A stretch of 64,000 nucleotides of DNA. Origin: an uncultured Gammaproteobacteria bacterium (GTDB lineage Bacteria; Pseudomonadota; Gammaproteobacteria; JABCZS01). Location of the stretch: contig CAWKDC010000001.1 of the NCBI GenBank assembly GCA_963848305.1, positions 1,472,001 to 1,536,000 of the forward strand. Direction: 5' to 3'. Below the pieces are notes generated by a model. The model was given only the letters and a program-made list of their open reading frames with translations. It had not been told where the DNA came from and ran no database searches. Shown here piece after piece: positions 50,385 to 60,281 of the stretch. Positions within the stretch are counted from its first letter, which is position 1, and each line of letters starts with the position of its first letter. Made by a program: the position numbers and the translations under genes.

Positions 50385-52038
50385 TTATGTCAACGACGGT
50401 TTTCCTAAATGCACTTCTTTTGCTTCATCTGCTGATCCGAATCGAGTCCATCCCCACCACGTTGTCCATGTTGTCTTAACAGCCTCTTGTTTACCTGTAG
50501 GCTTATTGGGTTGTTCTCCACCATGTTCCATCTCAATATACTTCTCACCATTCTCCCACTTGACCGCCCTCGGCTTCGCTGCAAACAAGTAAAACCCTAA
50601 TGATGAAGACAAACCTGTTATTTCTGCCAATATGCTTTTAAACTGTTCTGTTTCACTGAAAGATTCACCCTCATGCTTTTCCAAACCTTCGCGATAAAAA
50701 TGTTTATTCTGAGCGCCATTGTTGTAAGCATTGATAAAGCCCCAAATGTTCATATGATTGAAAATAGCGCGAGCGAATATGTGGGGTAAGAAGAAATAAG
50801 AATTTTTAATGTTATGCTGAATACGTGCGTATTTCACCGCTTCTTTCCAGCAGTAGACTTCCGCTACCAACAACGTCCAGGGTATGAAGAAAATGGTGGC
50901 AAATCCAGTGGCCCAGAAATTTCCGATTGTGCTTGCAGTGTTCTTTTGTAAGCTTTGATGCTGTTTCACACCGATATCTTTGCATGCACTGAGGAAACTT
51001 GACGCCCCAATCGCTAATTTTTGAGAAATAGTCATATTATAAATACCACGACCAATCACAAAGATATAGCCCAAGGGTTCGATAAGATAGCCGATCCAAT
51101 CAACTGGCATTTTTTCTTTCGTTGCATGGCTAAAAAAGTCTTGCAAAATTTCAACCAAATTCTCCCCTGCGTATTGCGTGGCTGCATAAATCGCATAAGT
51201 GAAAATGACGTTGAAACCAATAAACAATAAGCCGCGGGTGAGGGCTCCTAGTACAAGTCCGATGCTCATGCTGGGAAGCTTCGTGTCCTTTGTGACATCT
51301 TGTCCATACCAAAGCGCCTGCATCCCTTCCCAAATAGTTAGCTTGAAGCCATTTTTTGTAAAATTCGCAAACCATTCTCGGGGTGCCTGTGTGAACAGGC
51401 CGATCATCGATATGGCAGTTGCGCCACCAAAGATCAGAATAGGTAGGAAAAATTTATACCAATATGATTTGTCAATGCCCTTATCGGACGTGGTCTCATC
51501 CCCCTCAATCAGCTCCAGGAGTGGACTTAATTGTGCGGCGCTATTAATGATGGCGGCGGCGGCGAATAAAATAAAGAAAGCCGTATATGCCTTGGCATAC
51601 TTCCCAGAAGGCTTTTCTGAATTTTTAGCATTCTTGTTCAGTGCGTTTGGGACATTGTCCCAGAAACCATATAAATTGACGCCCATCGTGATCAGCATGC
51701 CGCAAATGGCTAATTCAGTGGTTGCCAGGAATGGCACGCTGGTTTGGGCAAGTAAGCCGACATATGTTGCAACCCCGCAAACAGCCGCATAAATCAGGGC
51801 GGCTACTCGTCCTTTTTTTTCTGCTGTGGTAAATTTGTTCCAATCATACCAAAGCCGATCGGCCTTATTTTGGGCGGCATTGATGTCTTCGATTTCTTCT
51901 CGCACGGCAGAGTCATCTGAGCTTTGATTTTGTTGTATTAGACGGTTGAGTTGCCTCTCTGGCTGACTTAATAGCCTGTATATCTGCTGCTTCGAGTGCT
52001 TTGCGAGCTGCTTGAATTTTCAGTAGATTTTCAGACAT
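50385..52038 (-). CDS. Hypothetical multi-pass membrane protein (frameshift near 51955)
   Basis: 506-aa ORF with many TM segments; an upstream RBS and ATG 52038 (MSENLLKIQAARK...) lie in another frame. Confidence 0.7.
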
Positions 52039-52150
52039 ATCCCAATTCCCCTTATACAGATAACCCAGGATAACATGACGGAAAAAGAAAGGGAAGCTTT
52101 ATTTTAGTCTTAGAGCTAACTATGTGATTGTTAGGGGAAATATTTGAGGA

Positions 52151-52315
52151 TCAGGCCGCAGGCCTTTAAGTACCCAGCCCAGGGTCTAGGTGCGCAAAGC
52201 GCACCGTAACCTTGGGTTTGAATAGGGTAGAGTATAGAAGATTAATATGTCCCAGGGTTGGGGTGCGCTACGCGCCCCTCACCCTGGGCTATAAGCTTTC
52301 AGGCCTTCGGCCTGA
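52151..52315. repeat. Bipartite palindromic element (REPIN/MITE-like)
   Basis: Ends TCAGGCCG...CGGCCTGA; two mirrored CCCAGGGT...GTGCGC...ACC(C/T)TGGG hairpins. Confidence 0.75.
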
Positions 52316-52338
52316 GAGCTTATTGAGATCATGACAAC

Positions 52339-53187
52339 TTATTTATCAATATACTGATGTTTCACATGCTTCTTTTCAGGCTTTTTGTAAAAGTCTGGAA
52401 TCATGAAGCGGAAGCCTAAATAAACTTCTTGCGCTGTCAGCTCGGAATCATACGCGGATAAAGAAGATACCCCACCTACCATAACAATGGTTGGGGCTAC
52501 CGCATTATCAATTCTATAGCTTACGTCACCCAAGTCTGAATAACGGTAACTGAGATCAATGGCCAACCATTCTAATGGATTGACCGTCACACCGGCCGTG
52601 CCCATCCAGCTGAAGGCGTAATCATGATCCTTCCCATCGGCTGACCCGATGAAATCACTATCTATGCCATAAATTGACAGAGATGAATCGCTATAATTAA
52701 GCGCTGCACCCAGGCCCGCACCCACGAACAAGGCAAACATCTTCGTCACGGGAATATCAAGGTAAAAGTTCGCCAAGATAGTTTGGCTATCTACAGTTGA
52801 GCTAAACGTTTCATAGTCTTTTCTTTCAGCGTTCTGTGTGCCCAACAGAAAACCGCCACCACCGGTACGCGAAGGATGAAATTCAGAGTTGATGGTATAG
52901 TGGTTGCGGTACAGGTATTCTGTTTCCATGCGCAAAGGAACAGGTAAGCTGTCATATTTGTAACCCACTGCGCCACCCCAACCCACGGCGTTTGTATTGG
53001 ATGAACCCTTGGACGCTTTGAGGTCTGCCTTAAGGGCGCTGCTACTTGAAAAGGGGAAGTTGATATCGAAATCAGATATTTCGCCACCGGACCAACCCAC
53101 TTTGGGCGCTACATAGATGCCGCTAACCGCCAATGCTTGGCTCGCGAAAAGGGCTAATATGGCGGAAGAGATTAAGGTTTTTTTCAT
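52339..53187 (-). CDS. Outer membrane beta-barrel protein (opacity/OmpA-TM-like), copy A
   Basis: Signal peptide MKKTLISS..QALA; LRMETEY, ANFYLDIP, FVGAGLG, IDLSYRY and YLGFRF. Confidence 0.88.
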   Translation of the reverse strand: MKKTLISSAILALFASQALAVSGIYVAPKVGWSGGEISDFDINFPFSSSSALKADLKASKGSSNTNAVGWGGAVGYKYDSLPVPLRMETEYLYRNHYTINSEFHPSRTGGGGFLLGTQNAERKDYETFSSTVDSQTILANFYLDIPVTKMFALFVGAGLGAALNYSDSSLSIYGIDSDFIGSADGKDHDYAFSWMGTAGVTVNPLEWLAIDLSYRYSDLGDVSYRIDNAVAPTIVMVGGVSSLSAYDSELTAQEVYLGFRFMIPDFYKKPEKKHVKHQYIDK

Positions 53188-53399
53188 AGAATGATATCCT
53201 TTCAAAGTTGAACGAGAATACCAAAAGTATAGAGGGCGAAATCGAATATGCAACCTTGCTGGAACAGAATAAAGCGGGAATGATTGCTGATGGTCGTTAA
53301 GTTGTGTAGCAGTTTTTTCAGGATTGATCTGCTTCGCATATCAGGCACCCCGCTTTCGCGGGGGACAAACTTCACATGCTGCGCCCCGACAATGCATTC

Positions 53400-54248
53400 T
53401 TATTTATCAATATACTGATGCTTCACATGCTTCTTCTCAGGCTTTTTGTAAAAGTCTGGAATCATGAAGCGGAAGCCTAAATAAACTTCTTGCGCTGTCA
53501 GCTCGGAATCATACGCGGATAAAGAAGATTCCCCACCTAAAATAACAATTGATGGGGCTACCGCATTATCAATTCTATAGCTTACGTCACCCAAGTCTGA
53601 ATAACGGTAACTGAGATCAATCGCCAACCATTCTAATGGATTGACCGTCACACCGGCCGTGCCCATCCAGCTGAAGGCGTAATCATGATCCTTCCCATCG
53701 GCTGACCCGATGAAATCACTATCTATGCCATAAATTGACAGAGATGAATCGCTATAATTAAGCGCTGCACCCAGGCCCGCACCCACGAACAAGGCAAACA
53801 TCTTCGTCACGGGAATATCGAGGTAAAAGTTCGCCAAGATAGTTTGACTATCTACAGTTGAACTAAACGCTTCATAATCACCGTTCTCGAAGTTCTGTGT
53901 GCCCAACAGAAAACCGCCACCACCGGTACGCGAAGGATGAAATTCAGAGTTGATGGTATAGTGGTTGCGGTACAGGTATTCTGTTTCCATGCGCAAAGGA
54001 ACAGGTAAGCTGTCATATTTGTAACCCACTGCGCCACCCCAACCCACGGCGTTTGTATTGGATGAACCCTTGGACGCTTTGAGGTCTGCCTCAAGGGCGC
54101 TGCCACTTGAAAAGGGGAAGTTGATATCGAAATCAGATATTTCGCCACCGGACCAACCCACTTTGGGCGCTACATAGATGCCGCTAACCGCCAATGCTTG
54201 GCTCGCGAAAAGGGCTAATATGGCGGAAGAGATTAAGGTTTTTTTCAT
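53400..54248 (-). CDS. Outer membrane beta-barrel protein, copy B (tandem duplicate)
   Basis: Near-identical to 52339-53187, including about 85 bp of upstream DNA. Confidence 0.88.
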   Translation of the reverse strand: MKKTLISSAILALFASQALAVSGIYVAPKVGWSGGEISDFDINFPFSSGSALEADLKASKGSSNTNAVGWGGAVGYKYDSLPVPLRMETEYLYRNHYTINSEFHPSRTGGGGFLLGTQNFENGDYEAFSSTVDSQTILANFYLDIPVTKMFALFVGAGLGAALNYSDSSLSIYGIDSDFIGSADGKDHDYAFSWMGTAGVTVNPLEWLAIDLSYRYSDLGDVSYRIDNAVAPSIVILGGESSLSAYDSELTAQEVYLGFRFMIPDFYKKPEKKHVKHQYIDK

Positions 54249-54373
54249 AGAATGATATCCTTTCAAAGTTGAACGAGAATACCAAAAGTATAGAGGGCGA
54301 AATCGAATATGCAACCTTGCTGGAACACAATAAAGCAGGTATGATTACCGCTTATTCTCGGAGACTATAGCTC

Positions 54374-55939
54374 ATGACACTCAACAGACGCTTCTCGCCC
54401 CTCACGTTGCTATTCATCAGTATCAATGGCATGGTGGGGTCCGCCTGGTTATTTGCGCCTTTCTATGCCGCGAAAATGGCGGGTTCGGGAGCGATCATTG
54501 CTTGGTTGATTGCCGGCGGCGCAACTGCGTTGATTGCACTGACGTTTGCTGAGTTATCCGTGATGTTTCCCGTGGCCGGTGGGACTGTTCAAATACCACA
54601 GCTGAGTCATGGAACTTCCACCAGTTTTATGTTCAGCTGGATTGCATGGCTATCCGCCGTCACCATGGCCCCGATTGAAGTGCAAGCAGTTCTTCAGTAT
54701 GCGTCGACATATTTCACGTCGTTGACGGAGCCAGTCAATGGGTTGCACGCACTGACGCCAATTGGCTTGATATGGGCAACGATACTGATGTTATTTTTAT
54801 GTGTATTCAATATAGTGAGTTTTAAAGGGCTCGTCCGTTTCAATTTTGTGTTATTTTTCTTCAAAGTCGCCGTGATTATGCTGGTGATTGCATGGTTGAT
54901 GGAAGAAAGCTTCCATACGGCTAATTTTGCAATGGGCGGCGCCCATGATGGCGGCTGGCAAGCAATTTTATCGGCTGTGGCAGCGAGTGGCGTAGCATTT
55001 GCATTCACGGGCTTCAAGCATGGTGTTGAGTTGGCCGGTGAAGCCAAATCCAGAAAAGCCATTTTCATTGCGATTGTTGGTTCGGTCGTTTGTTGCTTGC
55101 TGCTCTATCTGGGCTTACAAGTGGCATTTATTGGCGCGCTGGATCCTGCCACGATTGCCAATGGCTGGGGCAAGTTGTCATTCGTCGGCGATGTTGGGCC
55201 ATTTGCAGGGTTGGCCGCAGGTTTGGGCTTGCTGCTATTGCTGAAATTATTGTACATCGATGCAGTCGTGTCACCCTTGGGCGCGGGTTTGATCTACGTG
55301 ACATCAACAGCACGTATCTTTTATGCGATGAGTCACATTGGTTTCTTCCCCAAAATATTCATGTCGTTGAATAAACAATCGTTCCCTTATGCAGCCATTC
55401 TGCTCAATTTCGCAGTGGGGATGTTTTTGTTTTTGCCGCTGCCCAATTGGCAATCCATGGTAAGTTTTTTGGTGTCAGGTATGGTGATTTCTTATGCGGC
55501 AGGTCCGATTGCGTTGCTGTGCTTGCGTCTGAATTTGCCTGATGAAAAACGGGCGTTCCGTTTGCCTGCGGCGAATCTATTATGTTTGATTGCTTTTTAT
55601 TGCTGTAACTTGATGAGTTACTGGACAGGTTGGGAGACCATGTATAAATTGGCCATCGCAATTACCATTGGCCTTATCTTTTTTGCGTGGGCGTATTGGC
55701 GTGGTCGCTTGGATCGCTCGCTGATTGCATTGCGCTCAGCTGCTTGGATGGTGCCGTATTTGGGCGGCTTGGTGTTGATTTCTTATTTAGGCCCGTTTGG
55801 TGGTAAAAATATCATTCCCTTTGGTTGGGATTTCTTGGTCATGGGTGTATTCAGCGCAGTGATATTGTACATAGCCGTTCGTAGCCGTTCGACGGATATT
55901 GCGCGGAATTTTGCGACGATGGAGAATATTACTTTGTAA
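54374..55939 (+). CDS. APC-family amino acid permease
   Basis: GMVGSAWLF, FAELSVMFPVAGG and ELAGEAK; many TM segments. Confidence 0.92.
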   Translation: MTLNRRFSPLTLLFISINGMVGSAWLFAPFYAAKMAGSGAIIAWLIAGGATALIALTFAELSVMFPVAGGTVQIPQLSHGTSTSFMFSWIAWLSAVTMAPIEVQAVLQYASTYFTSLTEPVNGLHALTPIGLIWATILMLFLCVFNIVSFKGLVRFNFVLFFFKVAVIMLVIAWLMEESFHTANFAMGGAHDGGWQAILSAVAASGVAFAFTGFKHGVELAGEAKSRKAIFIAIVGSVVCCLLLYLGLQVAFIGALDPATIANGWGKLSFVGDVGPFAGLAAGLGLLLLLKLLYIDAVVSPLGAGLIYVTSTARIFYAMSHIGFFPKIFMSLNKQSFPYAAILLNFAVGMFLFLPLPNWQSMVSFLVSGMVISYAAGPIALLCLRLNLPDEKRAFRLPAANLLCLIAFYCCNLMSYWTGWETMYKLAIAITIGLIFFAWAYWRGRLDRSLIALRSAAWMVPYLGGLVLISYLGPFGGKNIIPFGWDFLVMGVFSAVILYIAVRSRSTDIARNFATMENITL

Positions 55940-55974
55940 GGGGTCGCATGCGGGCTCCTTGGCATGCTGCGCGC

Positions 55975-56352
55975 CTACAAACAGATGATCCCGTCATGCC
56001 CTCCGCTCACCGCCTTCTGTGACAGCACCTCGAGTGACAATGTCGGATTGTTGCATACGCGAAACAACATCGGCAATGATAATCCCGAAATCACAATGCG
56101 TGTATCACTGCTCAAACGCTTCGCAATGTTATCAGGTGTTGCGCCGCAAATATCCGTGAAAATGATCAATCCGTCGCCTTCGTCTAACGCCTGCGCGCGC
56201 GATTCGCAGTAACGCAAGCATTCATTTGGATCGGTATCGCCAAACACGGGAACGGCTTCTGCGGGCATGGGCAGGTTGCCAAATGTTTGGGCAACGGTGT
56301 CGAGCAATATTTGTCCCATGTAATCATGGGTGATTAATAAGAGTGCGACGAT
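55975..56352 (-). CDS. PTS EIIA component, mannose/fructose type (start codon unclear)
   Basis: IVALLLITHDYMG, IFTDICGATPDN and SGLSLPML; follows rapZ. Confidence 0.85.
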   Translation of the reverse strand: MVALLLITHDYMGQILLDTVAQTFGNLPMPAEAVPVFGDTDPNECLRYCESRAQALDEGDGLIIFTDICGATPDNIAKRLSSDTRIVISGLSLPMLFRVCNNPTLSLEVLSQKAVSGGHDGIICL

Positions 56353-57197
56353 GATTTCACCTCGCGATGACGGGCTTGAACGTTCGGATATTGTTGTTTG
56401 AAGTGAGCGACTAACCGTTCCACCAGATACACTGAGCGGTGTTGACCACCCGTGCAGCCAATAGCCACGGTTAAATAACTGCGGCGATCCGCTTCAAACG
56501 CAGGAATAAATGTTTCTAAAAAATGGGTGATGGCTTGTTCCATCTCAGCGACACTGTGGTGAGATGCTAAAAAATCAATGACGGGTTTATCCAGTCCCGT
56601 GAGGGGCCGCAAAGCCGTTTCCCAGTAAGGATTGGGCAGACAACGGATATCAAACACATAATCTGCATCGCGTGGAATGCCATATTTATATCCAAACGAT
56701 TGAAACAGTAGCGAGAGTGAATGGGCATCTCTGGGTAAAATGCGTTCACGCAAAATATTCATCAAATCATGTGCGTGAAGTGAGTGCGTGTCTATCATTA
56801 AATCGGCGCGGTTCACAATCGGTTCAAGCAATGTACGTTCTTTCGCAATCGCCTCTTGCAGCGAGACCGTTTTGTCGCTGAGGGGATGCTTGCGGCGCGT
56901 TTCACTGTAGCGCTTCAACAACGTGGAATCGTTGGCGTCTAAATAAATCACATCCACACTGTGGCCGCTGTGATCAATCGTATCGAGCAGTAACGCGGTG
57001 TCGGCAGGATTTTCAGGTAAATTGCGGCTGTCTAAGCTGACAGCAATGGCAGGGTGCGTTGTTGACAATGTGTCTAATAATTGCGGCAATAATTTGAATG
57101 GCAAATTGTCGACGACATAATAACCCAGATCTTCAAGGTGTCGTAATAAAATACTTTTACCTGAGCCTGAACGGCCGCTGACAATGATCAGTTTCAT
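56334..57197 (-). CDS. rapZ: RNase adapter RapZ
   Basis: SGRSGSGKS, VDNLP, SETRRKHPL and GCTGGQHRSV motifs. Confidence 0.96.
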   Translation of the reverse strand: MKLIIVSGRSGSGKSILLRHLEDLGYYVVDNLPFKLLPQLLDTLSTTHPAIAVSLDSRNLPENPADTALLLDTIDHSGHSVDVIYLDANDSTLLKRYSETRRKHPLSDKTVSLQEAIAKERTLLEPIVNRADLMIDTHSLHAHDLMNILRERILPRDAHSLSLLFQSFGYKYGIPRDADYVFDIRCLPNPYWETALRPLTGLDKPVIDFLASHHSVAEMEQAITHFLETFIPAFEADRRSYLTVAIGCTGGQHRSVYLVERLVAHFKQQYPNVQARHREVKSSSHSY

Positions 57198-58129
57198 GGG
57201 TTATTCATCTCATTCCGTTGACGATCGGCAAAAATCTCACTGGCCTGGTAACCGCTTTTGCGCAACACTTGGTTATGTACGGAGGCTTCCACTAACACAG
57301 ATAAACTGCGACCGGGGCCAGCGGGGACAGTGACTTCAGGCACATCCACGCCCAAAATTTCTCGTGTGCGATGCATGCCTTCCAGTCTATCAATTTTTGC
57401 AACGACAGGATCGGCAATATTCACAATATGCACAATCAAATTTAATTTTTTACAATCCTTCACGGCGGTATTACCAAACATCGCACGCACATTGATAATG
57501 CCCAAACCGCGCACTTCTAAAAAATCTTTGAGTAAATCGGGGGAGCGGCCAGTGAGCGAATCGGGTGCATCGCGTGAAAAAATGGGCGAATCATCCGCAA
57601 TCAAACGGTGGCCGCGATTGATCAATTCCAAGGCCAATTCGCTTTTGCCCACGCCGCTGTCGCCAGTGAGCATCACGCCCAGATCAAACACTTCCATGAA
57701 TACACCGTGAATATTGGTGCTCGGCGCCAAGACCATGGATAAATAATGCGATAAATGGTTTAATACCGCGGCGGAATTTAAATGAGTGTGCCAAATAGGC
57801 GTTTGTAACATTTGGGCATGTTGCAGCATTTCAGCGGTGGGCACTTGATCTTCGCAGATCAATAACAATAAAGGGTGCGTTGCAAATAATGCTTCCATCG
57901 CGCGTTGATAATCTGTTACGGATAAATTTGCCAAATAATGGAATTCTTGCGTGCCAAATAAAACAATGTGCGAGGGATGGACAAAATTTAAAAACCCAAC
58001 AGCGGTTTTGCCGCCGTCATGTAATTCTGATAATGCTTTTTCTGAAAATTCTTGGCCGTACTTCCATTCGAGGGAAAGGTTGGCTTTGTGTGTGCGATAG
58101 AGTTCGCTGAGGGTGATGCTATGGTGCAT
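57194..58129 (-). CDS. hprK: HPr kinase/phosphorylase
   Basis: HGVF, GDSGVGKSELALEL, GHRLIADD and LEVRGLGIIN motifs. Confidence 0.96.
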   Translation of the reverse strand: MHHSITLSELYRTHKANLSLEWKYGQEFSEKALSELHDGGKTAVGFLNFVHPSHIVLFGTQEFHYLANLSVTDYQRAMEALFATHPLLLLICEDQVPTAEMLQHAQMLQTPIWHTHLNSAAVLNHLSHYLSMVLAPSTNIHGVFMEVFDLGVMLTGDSGVGKSELALELINRGHRLIADDSPIFSRDAPDSLTGRSPDLLKDFLEVRGLGIINVRAMFGNTAVKDCKKLNLIVHIVNIADPVVAKIDRLEGMHRTREILGVDVPEVTVPAGPGRSLSVLVEASVHNQVLRKSGYQASEIFADRQRNEMNNP

Positions 58130-58574
58130 GGGTGAGGATGTTCCAGATATCATCTGCACTCCGGGCTTGCCGAATGGCGTCGCGCGCTGAGGCTTGATTC
58201 AGCAACGTCGCCACTTCAGACAATAAATGCAAATGGGTGGTATGTTCATTTTCAGGGACAAATAAACCAAAAATCAAATCGACAGGGGCATCGTCGTGGC
58301 TGTCATATGGAATGGGATCTTTGAGGCGGATAAACACAGCGACAGGTTTTTCAATTTGAGGCACGCGTGCATGAGGCAATGCGACCCCGTGACCCAGTGA
58401 CGTGCTGCCCAATTTTTCACGTTCCAACAAGGCTTCAAAGAACTCGTTTTCCAGATCGGCGGGGGCGCACGCGTGAGCGACATATTCCAATAAACGTTTT
58501 TTAGCGGCAATGGGCGCATCAACCTCAACGCGTGCGGGTGTCAATACATCTGTCAGTAACATGCGGTCCGTCAC
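58119..58574 (-). CDS. ptsN: PTS EIIA-Ntr
   Basis: LLEREKLGSTSLGHGVALPHAR and PVDLIFGLFVP motifs. Confidence 0.93.
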   Translation of the reverse strand: MTDRMLLTDVLTPARVEVDAPIAAKKRLLEYVAHACAPADLENEFFEALLEREKLGSTSLGHGVALPHARVPQIEKPVAVFIRLKDPIPYDSHDDAPVDLIFGLFVPENEHTTHLHLLSEVATLLNQASARDAIRQARSADDIWNILTHAP

Positions 58575-58888
58575 TCCTCGTTTTCTTCATGACCGCGTCC
58601 GTGGTCATGCAGTTTTTCTTTGAACTTGATTGCTTGACGTTCGAGTTTTTCATACAGGTCTTGAATCGTGACATACATGTCGCCTGAGGATGCGGATGCT
58701 CGGATCTGACCTCCGCGGTGGTTCAGCGTGGCTTCTGCTTTGTGTTGGGTTTTATCGACATGCATCACCACATGGACTTGGGTGATGGCTTGTAGATGGC
58801 GTTCCAGTTTTGCGAATTTTTCTTCAACAGCTTCACGTAGGCCATCCGTCACTTTCATATGTTGGCCGGTGATTTCAATGTTCATCAT
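58571..58888 (-). CDS. hpf: Ribosome hibernation promoting factor
   Basis: MNIEITGQH, KFAKLERH, DMY and KLERQ motifs. Confidence 0.93.
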   Translation of the reverse strand: MMNIEITGQHMKVTDGLREAVEEKFAKLERHLQAITQVHVVMHVDKTQHKAEATLNHRGGQIRASASSGDMYVTIQDLYEKLERQAIKFKEKLHDHGRGHEENEE

Positions 58889-58890
58889 AC

Positions 58891-60192
58891 TCACTCCTGA
58901 CACTTGCGATACACGCAAGAAGGTATTTGCAATGCTTCCCGGTATTTCGTGACTGTTCGCCTTGCAATCTGCACACCCTGTGCATGGAGCATTTGGGTGA
59001 GTGCATCGTCCGTGAGGGGCGTTGCGCGGTTTTCAGTCGAAACCCATTCCTTAATCATAGCCTTAATTGTGGTAGAAGCCCAGTGTTTTTCACCAGACTG
59101 AATGCCGCCACTCAAAAAATATTTTAGCTCGAAAATACCGCGAGGGGTATCTATATATTTTTGCGAGGTGATGCGAGAGAGGGTAGAAGGATGGTAGCCC
59201 AGTACATCCGCGAGGTTTTGCAGGGTCAGCGGTTTCAATTCTTGAGTGCCTTGGTGGAAAAAGTCTTTTTGTATCGATATGATAGCGCGCCCAACGTTTA
59301 ATAACGTTTGATGGCGCATCTCAAGCTGTTGCAAGAATTGTTTGGCATGTTGTAAGGCTTCTGCGAGATCTGCGTGTTGCATCGCGGCATCGAGGTAGGG
59401 TTCATGTAGCTTCAGCGCATAATGAGGGTATGGGATGAGGGTGACCTGGGGTTCCCCGGCATGTAGGTGCAATTTCAGATCAGGCCTGATGGTTTCCACT
59501 CGGTGTTCAGTCACTTGTCGGCCGGGCTTGGGATCCAAATGCTGGATCATGGTGAGTGCGGCTTGAATGCGCTCAAGGGGTTGGTGCGTCTTTCTGGCGA
59601 GAAAGGCGGGTTTGTATAGATTTTCCAAATGAAACTGCACCAATTCGTGGGCAAGAGTAATGGTTTCATTCTGAGTGGGCAATGCTTGGAGTTGAATCAA
59701 TAAGCATTCTTTCAGGTTGCGTGCACCGACGCCAATTGGTTCAAACGTTTGAATTTTATTCAAGGCTTGGAGAATCAATGCGTTGAGGTTTTTCGGGTGC
59801 TGAGATGGGTGAAAAAGGGCATCGAGTGGTGTGGGCAAATAGCCGTTGTCATCAATGGCATCGATCAGAATGCGTGCAACCTCATCAGCTTTCGGAGATA
59901 AATGAGCCAGGTCGCATTGTGCGAGCAAATTATCCCGCAAGGAGACAGGGTTTTCCAGAGAGAACAGCGTGTCTGCCTCGAGATAAACCGCGGGCTCACG
60001 GATATTCGCGGTGAGGGGCGTGGGGGGCGCGTCTTCATTGTTTTCTTGGTTCAGTAATACGTTTTCATTGAGGGTTTCCTCAATCAAGGCTTGCAATTCC
60101 AGTTGCGACAGCGACATCAGGCGAATGGCATGCGACAGCTGCACATGCATCTGTGATTTCTGGATCGTCGTCTGCCGTTGCGCTGTCTTCAT
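58891..60192 (-). CDS. rpoN: RNA polymerase sigma-54 factor
   Basis: GVGARNLKECL, HPSTLSR and ELKYF; RpoN box ARRTVTKYRE. Confidence 0.96.
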   Translation of the reverse strand: MKTAQRQTTIQKSQMHVQLSHAIRLMSLSQLELQALIEETLNENVLLNQENNEDAPPTPLTANIREPAVYLEADTLFSLENPVSLRDNLLAQCDLAHLSPKADEVARILIDAIDDNGYLPTPLDALFHPSQHPKNLNALILQALNKIQTFEPIGVGARNLKECLLIQLQALPTQNETITLAHELVQFHLENLYKPAFLARKTHQPLERIQAALTMIQHLDPKPGRQVTEHRVETIRPDLKLHLHAGEPQVTLIPYPHYALKLHEPYLDAAMQHADLAEALQHAKQFLQQLEMRHQTLLNVGRAIISIQKDFFHQGTQELKPLTLQNLADVLGYHPSTLSRITSQKYIDTPRGIFELKYFLSGGIQSGEKHWASTTIKAMIKEWVSTENRATPLTDDALTQMLHAQGVQIARRTVTKYREALQIPSCVYRKCQE

Positions 60193-60225
60193 ATGTTCAG
60201 TTTAGCTGATGCAGCGCCAATGTGT

Positions 60226-60279
60226 CTGCTCCCTTCAAAAAGGGGGCAACATCATGCTACGCATGATGTTGGGGTTTTT
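60226..60279. terminator. Hairpin pair / repeat remnant between the OMP gene and rpoN
   Basis: CAACATCATGC-TAC-GCATGATGTTG perfect stem; GCTCCCTT..AAGGGGGC. Confidence 0.55.
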
Positions 60280-60281
60280 AA

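Noticed and set aside
52339-54336. Diversity-generating retroelement TR/VR pair
   Set aside because: The differences are not adenine-specific, whole genes are duplicated, and no reverse transcriptase is present in the window.
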